Assembly (NCBI RefSeq): GCF_009914755.1
Contig: NC_060931.1
Strand: one strand, 5' to 3'
Length of the DNA stretch: 64,000 nt
Source: the human T2T-CHM13v2.0 reference genome, Homo sapiens
Positions within the stretch are counted from its first letter, which is position 1. Each line of letters starts with the position of its first letter. A program made the position numbers and the translations under genes. Positions 32,861-55,579 of this stretch are shown one piece after another. Under the pieces are notes generated by a model. The model worked only from the letters and a program-made list of their open reading frames with translations. It was not told the origin of the DNA and ran no database searches.

Positions 32861-33749
32861 TCTTAATATATATACTATTATTTTGATCCCCAGAGCACTC
32901 AATATAGTGTTGGGTACTTTAAAAAGAATTAATAAAATGTTGAGCCATATGGGGGATGATTCAGCCATATTGTAGGGACAGAAAGCAGTAAAAGTGACCC
33001 AAATACCCTATCTTTAAAATGTTTGTATATTTTAACCATTTATTTTCCACCTTATTCTTTGGTGCAATGTTTGCTGAGCATCTGCTATGTTCCAGGTACT
33101 GTGTCGGGTGGAAAACAGGAATAAATAATATACAAACCCTTTTATTAAGTAATTCAGAGTTCAATAAAAGACTTCAAAGGAAAACAGATCATTTTTAAAT
33201 GATCAAACTGTGTGACAGGTGGAGTGGCATTAGCAGATCACAGAGGGGATGTTCGGGACTGGCTGCTGGCAGGAGGGGACATCTGAGCAGGTGAGAGGCA
33301 GAGGTGTGGGAGGAAGACAGGTTAAGACCTTAACAGACAAGGGTACAGTGGGAGCACTGGCAGGAAAAAGAGTTGCTGGAAATTTCCAGCAATTTATTGT
33401 TGCTGAAGCAAAAGGTGTGATGTCAGGTGGGTCCCTGATCCTGGAGCGGAGGTGGGATGCAAAGCATGGAGACCCTTTTAAGGCACCAGAGGAGGGAGAG
33501 AGATTGAACAAACAGGAGAGGTGGGTGGGTGAGGGAGAGAAGAGCCACTGAGATCATCACAACTCAAACAAAACTAAAACAAGTGTAATACATGTCCCTT
33601 GAGTTCTCTTGCTTTCTCCCATTTTCTATTAAAACATGTGCAAACTAGCACCTTAACACTTTTTGTAATTTCATGACAAATGCTATCATATTTCATAGCC
33701 AGCAGATGGCACTAAGTATACATAAAATGAACATTTTGCACACTGTCAC

Positions 33750-33890
33750 TTTTTTTTTTTTTCTCTTGAGACAGTCTCACTCTGTTGCCCACGCTGCAGT
33801 GCAGTGGCGCAATCGTGTCTCTCTGCATCATGGGCTCCAGCGATCCTCCTGCCTCAGCTTCCCGAGTAGCTGGGACCACAAGCGCCTACC
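33750..33890 (-). mobile_element. Alu monomer fragment
   Basis: Poly-T followed by degenerate Alu arm. Confidence 0.75.
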
Positions 33891-34409
33891 TCCTACTTAT
33901 TTTAAAAGAGTTCAATCCAGGCTCTACTGTTCTCAAGGGACTTTTCTCCATACTAGGAACTCTAAAATCTGACAATGGTCTGGATCTCTGAGATAGGCAA
34001 GGCATCTTGTAGGTACAGGGTCCTCTCTTCTGCCAGGGGCTACTGTGCTGTAGTCTCAGAGGGATTTCATCAGGGGATCCCAGTAAGGTTGTAAAATGAA
34101 TAATGATCTTGGTGGCACCACACCATCTCTGTGTAGTGAGGAAAACTTATGTAAAACTGGAACGGGTGAAGGGGTGAAACTAGGAAGGTTTCATAGCTGT
34201 TAGAAGAGGGGGAACAGGATTGGGTGGGTAAAGCCTTCAGCTGTGAGGCCTGTTGACATCTATGAAAGAGGAAGAAAGCAGGAGAGCCTCCAGCTGCAAA
34301 GGACAGCTGACCAGGGCTTGGCTTGCTCAGTGAGCAGCTTCAGAGCAAAGATTGCCTGATGAAGCAGTTCAGCATTGGGCTGAAACAGCCAGGCCCTACA
34401 GTACCCTTC

Positions 34410-34783
34410 TAATCTGGTTTGGCTCTGTCCCCACCCAAAATCTCATCTTCAATTGTAATCCCCATAATCCCCACAAGTCAAGGGAGAGACCAGGTGGATA
34501 TAATTGAATCATGGGGGTGTTTTCTCCCATGCTGTTCTCCTGATAGTGAGTTCTCACGAGAGCTGATGATTTTGTAAGTGTTTGGTAGTTTCTCCTGCGT
34601 TCATTTCTCCTTCCTGCCACCTTGTGAAGAAGGTGGCTTGCTTCCCCTTAACCTTTTGCCATGATTGTAAGTTTCCTGAGGCCTCCCCAGTCATGCTGAA
34701 CTGTGAGTCAATTAAGCCTCTTTCCTTTATAAATTACCCAGTCTTGGGTATTTCCTTAGAGCAATGTGAGAACAGACTAGTAT
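34410..34783 (+). mobile_element. THE1-family solo LTR inserted in an older ERVL-type LTR (~34180-34965)
   Basis: tggtttggctctgtccccacccaaaatctcatct...gagaacagactagtata. Confidence 0.85.
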
Positions 34784-35247
34784 ATCTTCCTTGCTCAGTC
34801 ATTGGCTGGGGGTTGCCTAGGAAGAAGAATGTGGTCCAGCGTGAATGCCATGCAGATGCTGATGGCTCTACAGTTGAAGGCTGTCAGTTAACTCTGTTCC
34901 CTGCAGCTGGGCAGCAGGTTCTCAGAGGAATACCCTAGAGGTTGTGTACTTTTGTGGCTGCCACACCATCCTTATTAAAGAAATAACTCTCATATGTATG
35001 ATCCCCATTGTATTTCTTAGGTCTGTGTGAAGCTGTGTAAACAGGCTTGCTCTTTTCAATAGCTGAGGTGCTTTTTAAATAAAATTCATACGTTCTTGGA
35101 TATGATTCAATCCAGTATATTCCATGAACTGGCTTTGCAGCTTCATCTGAATAATCTCGATATTTATATATGAGTTATATGTATCTCTTGGATGAAAATT
35201 TTAAAAGTAAAGGCCATTATCTATATGTGCTCAAAGGATATAAAAGA

Positions 35248-35324
35248 ATTTTAATCTCAGAAAAGCATAATAAGGAAGTCAGTATATATTTTAATCTCAG
35301 GCAAGCATACTAAGGAAGTCAGTA
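35248..35324 (+). repeat. Two-copy tandem duplication, 40-bp period
   Basis: attttaatctcag(aa/gc)aagcata(a/c)taaggaagtcagta twice. Confidence 0.85.
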
Positions 35325-35664
35325 GCTGCAAAAGCTCCTCAAAAAATTATTCGAAGTCAAATATAAATAATCCTATTGCTCTTCTGGATTACGAATACAT
35401 CATAGCTTTTTTATTAACATCCAATTCAAAGTTGGTCTATTGTCTGGTGGTATTAAAATGGATCACATGTGTAGCCCTTAATAATGCACATTGACTTGGA
35501 ACACCTTGCTTGATCCTCATAATTCTATGAGGTAGTTATTATCACCTATGTACAGATGAAGAAACACATCCTGAGATATGTCAATTTTAATGCAATTTCT
35601 ATGAATGACATCTTTTTTTCAAAACCCTATGAAACACAATCCAGTAATTTTTAAGAAGCTATAC

Positions 35665-36848
35665 CACTCCTTCCTTACACAATATACAAAAATCAACTCA
35701 AGATGGATGAAAGACTTGAAAACTATAAAAAACCTAGAAGAAAATAGGAAAGGCCATGGACATAGGCCTTGGCAAAGACTTCATGATGAAAATGCCAAAA
35801 GCAATTGCAGCAAAAACAAAAATTGACAAATGGGATCTAACAAAACTAAGAGGTTCTGCACAGTAAAAGAAACTAACAACAGAGTAAACACACAGCCTAC
35901 AGAATGGGGGAAAACACCTGCAAACTACACATCTGACAAAGGTCTAATATCCAGTACCTAAAAGGAACTTAAACCAACAAGCAAAAACAAACGGCCTCAT
36001 TAAAAATGGGCAAAAAATGTGAACAGACACTTATCAAAAGGAGACATGCATGTAGGCAACAAGCATATGAAAAAATGTTCACCATCACTAATCATTAGAG
36101 AAATGCAAATCAAAACCACAGTAAGATGCCATCTCACACCAGTCAGAATGGCTATGATGAAAAAGTTTAAAAAAAAAAAGATGCTGGTGAAGTTTTGGAG
36201 AAAAGAGAACACTTATACACTGCTGGTAGAAATGTAAACCAGTTTGGCCACCGTGGAAAGCAGTTTGGAGATTTTTCAAAGAATTTAAAATGGAGCTATC
36301 ATTCAACCCAGCAATCCCATTACTGGATATATACCCAAAGGAATATAAATTGTTCTACCATAAAAACACATATACACGTATGTTCATTGCAGCATTATTC
36401 ACAATAGCAAAGACATGGAATCAACCTAAATGCCCATCAACGGCGGAATGGATAAAGAAAATATGGTACATATATACCATGGAATACTATACAGCCATAT
36501 AAAAAGAATGAGATCATGTCCTCTGTAGCAACACAGATGGAGCTGGAGGCCAGTTTCCTAAGTGAACTAACACAGAACAGAAAACCAAATACTGTATGTG
36601 CTCCTTATAAGTACGAGCTAAACATTGAGCACACATGGACAAAAAGAAGGGAATAACAGGCACCAGGGCCTACTTGAGGGTGGAGGGTGGGAGGAGAGTG
36701 AGGACTGAGAAAATACCTATCAGGTACTATGCTTATTACCTGGGTGACAAAATAATCTGTACACCAAACCCCATGACATGTGATTTACCTATATAACAAA
36801 CCTGCAAATGTACCCCTGAACCTAAAATAGAAGTTGGAAGGAAAAAAA
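35665..36848 (+). mobile_element. 5'-truncated L1PA15/16-like element
   Basis: ORF2 C-terminal homology and matching 3'UTR. Confidence 0.85.
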
Positions 36849-37600
36849 TTCATTGCACAAATGGAAACAATAAAATCTACAATTTGAACATGTATTTGAA
36901 TAGCTAGACGTGTCATCAGAACAATTCTTGGTGCTTATTTAAGCACCCAGAGCTACCTAAAGAGAACATGAGGTTTAAGAACCACTGATGAGGAATCAAA
37001 GCCCTACTTTGAAGAGTATAAATATATAAGCATTATATACATATATACACACATATTTTAAAGAATTATAAAATGAACACTTGTATACTTAACACCAAGA
37101 AATTGAATATTAACATTGAAGCACCCAGGGCTTCTCCTGTATTGCATTCTTTCCTAGAAGTGATCACCAGCCTGTTTTGAATTAACTATGCCTATGCTTT
37201 CGCTGTTTTGCCACACTATATCTTCTATAATATTGTTGTCTTGTTTGTTTTTAGGGCATATGTAAATGGCATATATATTGACATGCACACTCATCCCCTT
37301 TGATGACTTAGTTTTTTATCTTTAACAGTCTATTTGACATTGGTTCCCGCTGACACTTTTGACTGTAGATCACATTCACTCATTTACAATATTACTTTGT
37401 ATGGAAATATTCATTTTATCCATTCTGTTGGTGGGCCTTTGAGTTGTTTTCAGCTTTTTTTTCTCAGGTACAAATAATGCTTCCATGAAGATTCATGTAA
37501 TTGGTTTCCTTGGTATATTTGTACCAATATTTCTTTAGGGTGAAACTATAAATTGCAGACACTATATACCTTAAAACTTATTAGGTAATAACGACTTATT

Positions 37601-37952
37601 TTCTTTTTATTATTATTATACTTTAAGTTTTAGGGTACATGTGCACAACGTGCAGGTCTGTTACATATGTATACATGTGCCATGTTGGCATGCTGCACCC
37701 ATTAACTCGTCATTTAGCATTAGGTGTATCTCCTAATGCTATCCCTCCCCCCTCCCCTCACTCCACAACAGACCCCGGTGTGTGATGTTCCCCTTCCCAC
37801 GTCCATGTGTTCTCATTGTTCAATTCCCACCTATGAGTGAGAACATGCCGTGTTTGGTTTTGGGTCTTTGTGATAGTTTGCTGAGAATGATGGTTTCCAG
37901 TTTCATCCATGTCCCTACAAAGGACATGAACTCATCCTTTTTTATGGCTGCA
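37601..37952 (-). mobile_element. L1PA 3'-end fragment
   Basis: 3'UTR and poly(A) homology; ends abruptly at an Alu junction. Confidence 0.88.
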
Positions 37953-38020
37953 GTGAGCCAAGATCGTGCCACTGAACTCCAGCCTGGGCAACAGAGCAAG
38001 ACTCCATCTCAAAAAAAAAA
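37946..38020 (+). mobile_element. Alu 3'-end fragment fused to L1
   Basis: ggctgcagtgagccaagatc...ccatctc followed by A tail. Confidence 0.88.
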
Positions 38021-38609
38021 GGGAGAACCAAGGATTTTATATCTAGCCAATCTGTCATTCAAGTATAGATGTTATAAAAAAAGTTTCAAATATGCAATAA
38101 TTGAGGAAATAATAGTAACCTTCTCAAATACAAAAAGTTTAAAAGAGAATCATATACAGAAACAAAGCAAATATAGTCAAATACACATAAAACTTACAAC
38201 AAAGGTTCTCACATTATCTCACAAAGCAAAGACAGACTCAACTTATGCTACACAGGGAAGACAAATACAAACAGATTCAGAAAGGTGAAAAATAGAATGA
38301 TGGCATCAGCATGGGAGGCAATACCATTTCCATATGCAAACTAAGGAAGACATTTAAAGCAAGGATAAGAAGCAAATTCATGGCCTCAAAAGCTTTATCA
38401 ATAAAAATGAAAGAGTGAAAATAAATGAATTAAATTCTTGACTTAAAAATCTAAATAAATAACAAAATAAAGCAAAAAAAGTATACTAAAGGAAATACTC
38501 ATGAGAAGAATAGTCTATTATATCTACCCCTCTGTGTATCTATTTTGCGTTTTATATTTCTTCTCTATATTCTAGGATTCCTTCTTTCATTTCCTTTTTG
38601 TTTTCAGAA

Positions 38610-39247
38610 TTTTTAAATTTTAAGTTCAGGGATACATGTGCAGGATGTGCATGTTTGTTACATAGGTAAACGCGTACCATGGTGGTTTGCTGCACCTAAC
38701 AACTTATTACCTAGGTATTAAGCCCAGCATACATTAGCTATTTTTCCTGATGCTCTCCCTCCCCTGACAAGCCCCAGTGTGTTTTGTTCCCCTCCCAGTG
38801 TCCGTGTGTTCTCACTGTTCAGCTCCCACTTGTAAGTGAGAACATGCAGTGTTTGGTTTTCTGTTCCTGCATTAGTTTACTGAGGATAATGGCTTCCAGC
38901 TCCATCCACGTCCCTGCCAAGGACATGATCTCATTTCTTTTTATGACTGCAAAATATTCCATGGTATATATGTACCATATTTTCTTTATCCAGTCTATCA
39001 CTCATGGGCATTTGGGTTGCTTCCACGCTATCAAAAAAGAGCTCATACAGCCAAGACAATCCTAAGCAAAAAGAACAAAGCTAGAGGCCTCAGCCTACCT
39101 GACTTCAAACTATATTACAAGGCTACAATAACAAAAACAGCATGGTCATGGTAAAAAACAGGCATATTGACCAATGGAACAGAATAGAGAACTCAGAAAT
39201 AAAACCACATATCTACGACCATCTGGTCTTCAAGAAACCTGACAAAA
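38610..39247 (-). mobile_element. L1PA7/8-like truncated element with 5' inversion
   Basis: 38610-~39030 is a minus-strand 3' end; ~39030-39247 is plus-strand ORF2 sequence. Confidence 0.8.
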
Positions 39248-39269
39248 GAACTTCAATTAACCATTCTTT

Positions 39270-45172
<5,903 letters not shown>

Positions 45173-45185
45173 TTAACCATTCTTT

Positions 45186-46600
45186 AAGGTTCTCTGCTAG
45201 CCACAAATTATTTTAATTTTCCTTGATTGGAGAATGTCTATTTCCCCTTCATTCCTAAGGGAAACATCCACTGGATATGTAATTCATCTTGACAATGTTC
45301 TGCCACAACCTTCTGGCCTCCTTAATTTCACATGAGAAGTCTGCTACAATTCAAGTCAGTTTTGCCTGTAGGTGATGTGTCATTTCTCCGTACCTGCTTT
45401 CAAGATTTTTTCTTTTCGTTTTAAAAGTTAACTTATAATGTATCTTGGCATGGATTTCTCTGGGTTTGTCTTACTTGGGAATGGCTCAGTGTCTTCACTC
45501 TGCAGGTGTGTCTTTCACCAAATTTGGGGAGTTTTTAGCAATTACTTCTTAAAATACTATTCAGCCCCACTCTCTTTTTCCATTCCTTCTGAAATTTTGA
45601 TGATACAAATATTAAATCTTTTGTTACTACACCATAGGTCCCGGAGGCTCTGTCCTTTTTCCTGTGATTTTCTCTCAATTTACATTGGGAGATTTCTATT
45701 GTTCTATCTGCAAGAGCAGTGACTGCTTCCTCAGTAATATTCACTCCGCTACCAAGTCCATTTACTGAATTTTAATTTTAGTTATTGTATTTTTCAGTTC
45801 TATAATCACCAAGTTGTTCTTTAAAAAAAAAAAAAATTCTGTGGTGAGATTTTATAGCCTCTTCATTTGCTTCCAGAGTATTTAAAACTGCTCATTGAAG
45901 TGTTTTTATGATGACTGCTTTAAAACCCTTGTCGAATAATCCCCACATCCTATTCATCTCAGTGTTGACATTTGTTGTCTTTTCTCATTCAAGTTGCTTT
46001 CTCCATTCTTGCTATGATGAGTGGTTTTTCTATTGTGTCCAGTACATTTTTTATATTATGTTAGAGACTGTGGATCCTATCTTAAATTTCTATTTCAGCA
46101 GACAGTCACTTTGTTTTTAGGTTTATCACGCAAGTCCTGGCCTACTTCTGTGTGCTATAGTTACAATGACAGTTTAGTTTTCAGAGTCTTTGCAATGCTA
46201 GTGCTATTGTGGTCAGCTTGATTCATCTGGTGCCCTGGTGCTCCGTCTCCACCCCAAATCATGCTGCCGATGCAGGAAGAATGTATTTCCCATGTCCTGT
46301 TGCCATGGGATAGAGGGTGAGAGACACCAGACTGTGGGGTAGGGGGTTGGCAGAGGGCAGAGGGCTCTTTCCTAGGGTGCCTAGTCCTAGCAGGGCACCT
46401 GTTAGATCTCCGCTGCTGCTACCTGCATGGGCAGCCTCCCTGGAGGGAATAGTAGATACCAGACCCACAGGATGGAGAGCATTTCCCTGGACCCTCTTTC
46501 TGATTGTCTTCTGCCACTGGATGGAGTTTCAGGAGGTGGCAGCCTGTGGTGTTTTTCTGTGAGTTCTGAGGTACCTAACTAGTCTGCCTTTCTATATAGC
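45186..46600 (-). mobile_element. Ancient L1 (L1M-type) hosting the younger L1 insertions
   Basis: Continues from ~38520-38608; ttcaccaaatttggggagtttttagcaatta and similar antisense ORF1 motifs. Confidence 0.55.
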
Positions 46601-47398
46601 ATTGGGCTGGGATTGGAGCTACAGTTATGAAATCATGATTTCATACACACACACACGTGTGCACATACGTGCAGTGAAAGGGCCTAGAAACAAGGACACA
46701 CTGGTAGTAATAAGTGCACATACCACTCAGGTCTTGGTTTCCAAATACCATTCTCCTCTAAAAGGAACCAGGGCTCCTTGGAAAAAATGGCTGATTCCAA
46801 GGCTAGCACAAGGAAAATCAAGAAAAGCCTGGAGCATTATAAATTTATAAAGACATGTCAAAGAGACATCCAGCTTAGGAACATTCAAAACGGCTAGGCC
46901 CAGAACTGATATTTGTGTATAACATATGGTTTTTCTCATATAGATAGACTATTCCAGCATCATTTAGTGAAAAGTGACCTGCAAGACAATCTTGCTGAAA
47001 TTGCTTTGAATCTGAACATCAGCTGGGGAGAACTGCATTACATGAAACTTCATACACATAAATGTGTTTTATTTTTCTATTTATGTCTTAGAATTATTAA
47101 AATAAATTTTCATACAAATACTGTATGTATTTTGTTAGATTCATTCAGATCCTATGCATTTTTCTTCCTAATACATAAGGCATATTTTTAAAAAATATGT
47201 TTTCTGTTTGTTGCCAAAGAATAAAAATGCAATTGATTTTTGAATATTAAACATATCTAGCCATGGTATTGAATTCTTCTAATTCCTAATAAGTTGTCAA
47301 TTATTTTATTCTTTCTAGGTAAATATTGATACTATAATAAATTTTCCTTCTTTCTGTTTCTTTCCTTTTCCTATTATTTACTTTTCTTGCATTACTAG

Positions 47399-47738
<340 letters not shown>

Positions 47739-49117
47739 TGGACTTTAATAAAATGTGAAAAAGCACATTTATCTTTATCTTGATTTTAAACAGAACACTC
47801 TAAATACTTTATTATCAGTAAGACTAATGACTGCTGAAGAATTTTACTGGGTTGAGAAAACTGTTATTTCTATTGTGTTACAAGTTTTCATTATAAATGG
47901 ATGTTCAATTTTATCAATTTTATTTTCTGCATCTAATGGGATGATCATAAGATTTTTTCTCTTTTAATCTGTTAGTGTGATAACTTACATTTTTGGATTT
48001 TCCAGAAATGTCTTTGGATTCCTAGAATAAGCCAGATTTATCACAAGTGGATTATCTTTATCATATATATGGCTGTTCTTGAGTTACTAATCTTTTATAC
48101 TTTTGTGTGTAAGGAATGCTTTTAATCTAGGTGAAATTTTGAATCTATGCTCACAAATAAGAATATCCTTTCTCAAACTATCCTCATCTGGCCTTAGTAC
48201 TGAGCTTTAGATTATCTTGGAGGTTCCATTTCCCTTCTTGTAATGATTCTTATGCCTCATGGCACACACAAAGTTCCCCTTTGTAAATTTCATATGAGCT
48301 CAATTCAATAATTACCTTGCCACCAAAAACTGGAGTCTCCCATTAAACAGTGAATTTGCTTCTATTGATGTTAAACTCTAAACTGAATCACTTAGATCTA
48401 AAAATACCTTGTGCAGGTTGTGTGTAATAAATACTTACCTTTGCCAAAGACATACAGAGCTAGAAACAGAAAATAATACCTAGGAAGGCTTAAAAAACAT
48501 GTAAGCTGAACATTTGGTTAAATCTCAACTTTTCTCTCCTTAGATTTTTTGTTTCTTTGATATTCTTGAATTTAAAACTTAGTCAATTCATGTTCTTTCC
48601 AGTCTACTACTGAAAATATTCTTGAAAATGAAGACAGTAAATTTTCCTTTGAGTGCAGCCTTGGCAGAATTTTTTTGATGTTTATGGACACTCTTCTACT
48701 TACTGTCATTTTTCAATAGTTTGCAACTGAAATTCTGACCTTCTTTTGAGTTGTATTAAATTGCTCAATTTTTCTGAAGTGAAAGAATTATATATTACAA
48801 GTGTAATGTCGATATGTGAATTTCTACAAAGCCTGCATGCCTAACAACAGGTGGCCTGGGTAAAGAGTCAAATTGGTAGAACCAATAAAGAATAATAAAA
48901 AGACAAAAAAAGCATCATGTCATTCATTCAACAACTTACTGGACAAATCTTTCTATATTTTCACCATAAAGGATGGGAGAATGCCTCCAACAAGAAGAAA
49001 ATAGCAACTCCTTACATTTTGTTCTCTTGTATTGTGGGTAGGAACCTACCTCCTCAACTTGTAACATTTCCAGACTTATCCTCTCAATATATAACATGAA
49101 AACATACAGTTCATTTC

Positions 49118-49380
49118 TTCCGTCACCCAGGGTGGAGTGCAGTGGGGTGATCATGGCTCACTGTAACCTTCCCGGGCTCAAGCAATCCTCCCATCTCAGC
49201 CTCCTGAGTAGTTGGGATCACAGGCTCATGCCACCATGCCCAACTAGTTTTTCTATTTTTTGTAGAGACGGGGTTTTGCCATGTTGCCCAGGCTGGTCTC
49301 AAACTCCTGGGCTGAAGCTCTCTGTTCGTGTTGGCCTCCCAAAGTGCAGTGATTACAGGCGTGAACCACTGTGTGTGGCC
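49118..49380 (-). mobile_element. AluJ lacking the A tail
   Basis: Alu dimer homology. Confidence 0.85.
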
Positions 49381-49900
49381 CAGGGTTTATTTTTTAATAG
49401 AAGTACATCACAGACCAGAGAAAAAGAATATCAACTGTCTCATATTAAGATAATTTAAGAGTTGCACTACCTGCCTAATAACTTATTTTACTAGGAAACC
49501 ATGGAGGTAATATGGGCCATCCATCTGCATATTAGGGAAGAAGCCAAACAAAGATTAGGTTGTGGCTGAGTTCAAATTAGAAGGGGCTGGGAGACTGTAA
49601 GGAAAATGTTAAAAGGACAAAAGTAATAGAGTCTAAAGTTGGAAGATGGCCGAATAGGAACAGCTCCGGTCTACAGCTCCCAGCGTGAGCGACGCAGAAG
49701 ACGGGTGAGTTCTGCATTTCCATCTGAGGTACTGGGTTCATCTCACTAGGGAGTGCCAGACAGTGGGCGCAGGACAGTGGGTGCAGCATACCGTGCGCGA
49801 GCCGAAGCAGGGCGAGGCCTTGCCTCACTCGGGAAGCGCAAGGGGTCAGAGAGTTCCCTTTCCTAGTCAAAGAAAGGGGTGACAGATGGCACCTGGAAAA

Positions 49901-50083
49901 TCAGGTCACTCCCACCCTAATACTGCGCTTTGCCGACGGGCTTAAAAAACGGTGCACCAGGAGATTACATCCCGCACCTGGCTCGGAGGGTCCTACGCCC
50001 ACGGAGTCTCGCTGATTGCTAGCACAGCAGTCTGAGATCAAACTGCAAGGCAGCAGCGAGGCTGGGGGAGGGGCGCCCGCCAT
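49901..50083 (-). other. L1 ORF0 (antisense promoter ORF) of L1-C, truncated to 60 aa
   Basis: MAGAPPPASLLPCSLISDCCASNQRDSVGVGPSEPG...GVT*. Confidence 0.8.
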
Positions 50084-50411
50084 TGCCCAGGCTTGCTTAG
50101 GTAAACAAAGCAGCCGGGAAGCTCGAACTGGGTGAAGCCCACCACAGCTCAAGGAGGCCTGCCTGCCTCTATAGGCTCCACCTCTGGGGGCAGGGCACAG
50201 ACAAACAAAAAGACAGCAGTAACCTCTGCAGACTTAAATATCCCTGTCTGACAGCTTTGAAGAGAGCAGTGGTTCTCCCAGCACACAGCTGGAGATCTGA
50301 GAACGGGCAGACTGCCTCCTCAAGTGGGTCCCTGACCCCTGACCCGAGCAGCCTAACTGGGAGGCACCCCCCAAGAGGGACAGACTGACACCTCACACGG
50401 CCAGGTACTCC

Positions 50412-50539
50412 TCTGAGACAAAAATTCCAGAGGAACGATCAGACAGCAGCATTCGCGGTTCATGAAAATCCACTGTTCTGCAGCCACTGCTGCTGATATC
50501 CAGGCAAACAGAGTCTGGAGTGGACCTCTAGCAAACTCC
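50412..50539 (+). promoter_or_regulatory. L1 5'UTR segment associated with ZNF93 binding (lost in younger L1s)
   Basis: Present in L1-C and absent at the equivalent position of L1-A (~29575) and L1-B (~44400); flanked by ACTCC repeats. Confidence 0.75.
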
Positions 50540-50665
50540 AACAGACAAGCAGCTGCGGGTCCTGTCTGTTAGGAGGAAAACTAACAAACAGCAAGGACAT
50601 CCACACCAAAAACCCATCTGTACATCACTCATCATCAAAGACCAAAAGTAGATAAAACCACAAAG

Positions 50666-51655
50666 ATGGGGAAAAAACAGAGCAGAAAAACTAGAAACTC
50701 TAAAAAGCAGAGCGCCTCTCCTCCTCCAAAGGAACACAGTTCCTCACCAGCAATGGAACAAAGCTGGACGGAGAATGACTTTGACGAGTTGAGAGAAGAA
50801 GGCTTCAGACGATCAAACTACTCCGAGCTACAGGAGGAAATTCAAACCAAAGGCAAAGAAGTTAAAAACTTTGCAAAAAATTTAGACGAATGTGTAACTA
50901 GAATAACCAATACAGAGAAGTGCTTAAAGGAGCTGATGGAGCTGAAAGCCAAGGCTCAAGAACTACGTGAAGAATGCAGAAGCCTCAGGAGCCAATGCGA
51001 TCAACTGGAAGAAAGGGTATCAGTGATGGAAGATGAAATGAATGAAATGAAGCGAGAAGGGAAGTTTAGAGAAAAAAGAATAAAAAGAAAAGAACAAAGT
51101 CTCCAAGAAATATGGGACCATGTGAAAAGACCAAATCTACATCTGATTGGTGTACCTGAAAGTGATGGGGAGAATGGAACCAAGTTGGAAAACACTCTGC
51201 AGGATATTATCCAGGAGAACTTCCCCAATCTAGCAAGGCTGGCCAACATTCAGATTCAGGCAATACAGAGAATGCCACAAAGATACTCCTCGAGAAGAGC
51301 AACTCCAAGACACCTAATTGTCAGATTCACCAAAGTTGAAATGAAGGAAAAAATGTTAAGGGCAGCCAGAGAGAAAGGTCGGGTTACCCTCAAAGGGAAG
51401 CCCATCAGACTAACAGCAGATCTCTCAGCAGAAACTCTAAAAGCCAGAAGAGAGTGGGGGCCAATATTCAACATTCTTAAAGAAAATAATTTTCAACCCA
51501 GAATTTCATATCCAGCCAAACTAAGCTTCATAAGTGAAGAAGAAATAAAAAACTTTACAGACAAGCAAATGCTGAGAGATTTTGTCACCACCAGGCCTGC
51601 CCTAAAAGAGCTCCTGAAGGAAGCACTAAACATGGAAAGGAACAACCGGTACTAG
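50666..51655 (+). CDS. L1 ORF1p, 329 aa (stop 9 codons early); potentially translatable
   Basis: Open from MGKKQ through REKG, ARREWG and YPAKLS to MERNNRY*. Confidence 0.6.
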   Translation: MGKKQSRKTRNSKKQSASPPPKEHSSSPAMEQSWTENDFDELREEGFRRSNYSELQEEIQTKGKEVKNFAKNLDECVTRITNTEKCLKELMELKAKAQELREECRSLRSQCDQLEERVSVMEDEMNEMKREGKFREKRIKRKEQSLQEIWDHVKRPNLHLIGVPESDGENGTKLENTLQDIIQENFPNLARLANIQIQAIQRMPQRYSSRRATPRHLIVRFTKVEMKEKMLRAAREKGRVTLKGKPIRLTADLSAETLKARREWGPIFNILKENNFQPRISYPAKLSFISEEEIKNFTDKQMLRDFVTTRPALKELLKEALNMERNNRY

Positions 51656-51746
51656 CTGCTGCAAAATCATGCCAAATTCTAAAGACCATCAAGGCTAGGA
51701 AGAAATTGCCTCAACTAAAGAGCAAAATAACCAGCTAACATCATAA

Positions 51747-55579
<3,833 letters not shown>

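Noticed and set aside
48315-48790. Exon-like segments with gtaagt/gtaatt donors on the minus strand
   Set aside because: Translations do not match DPY19L proteins, and the neighbouring sequence resembles ancient antisense L1.
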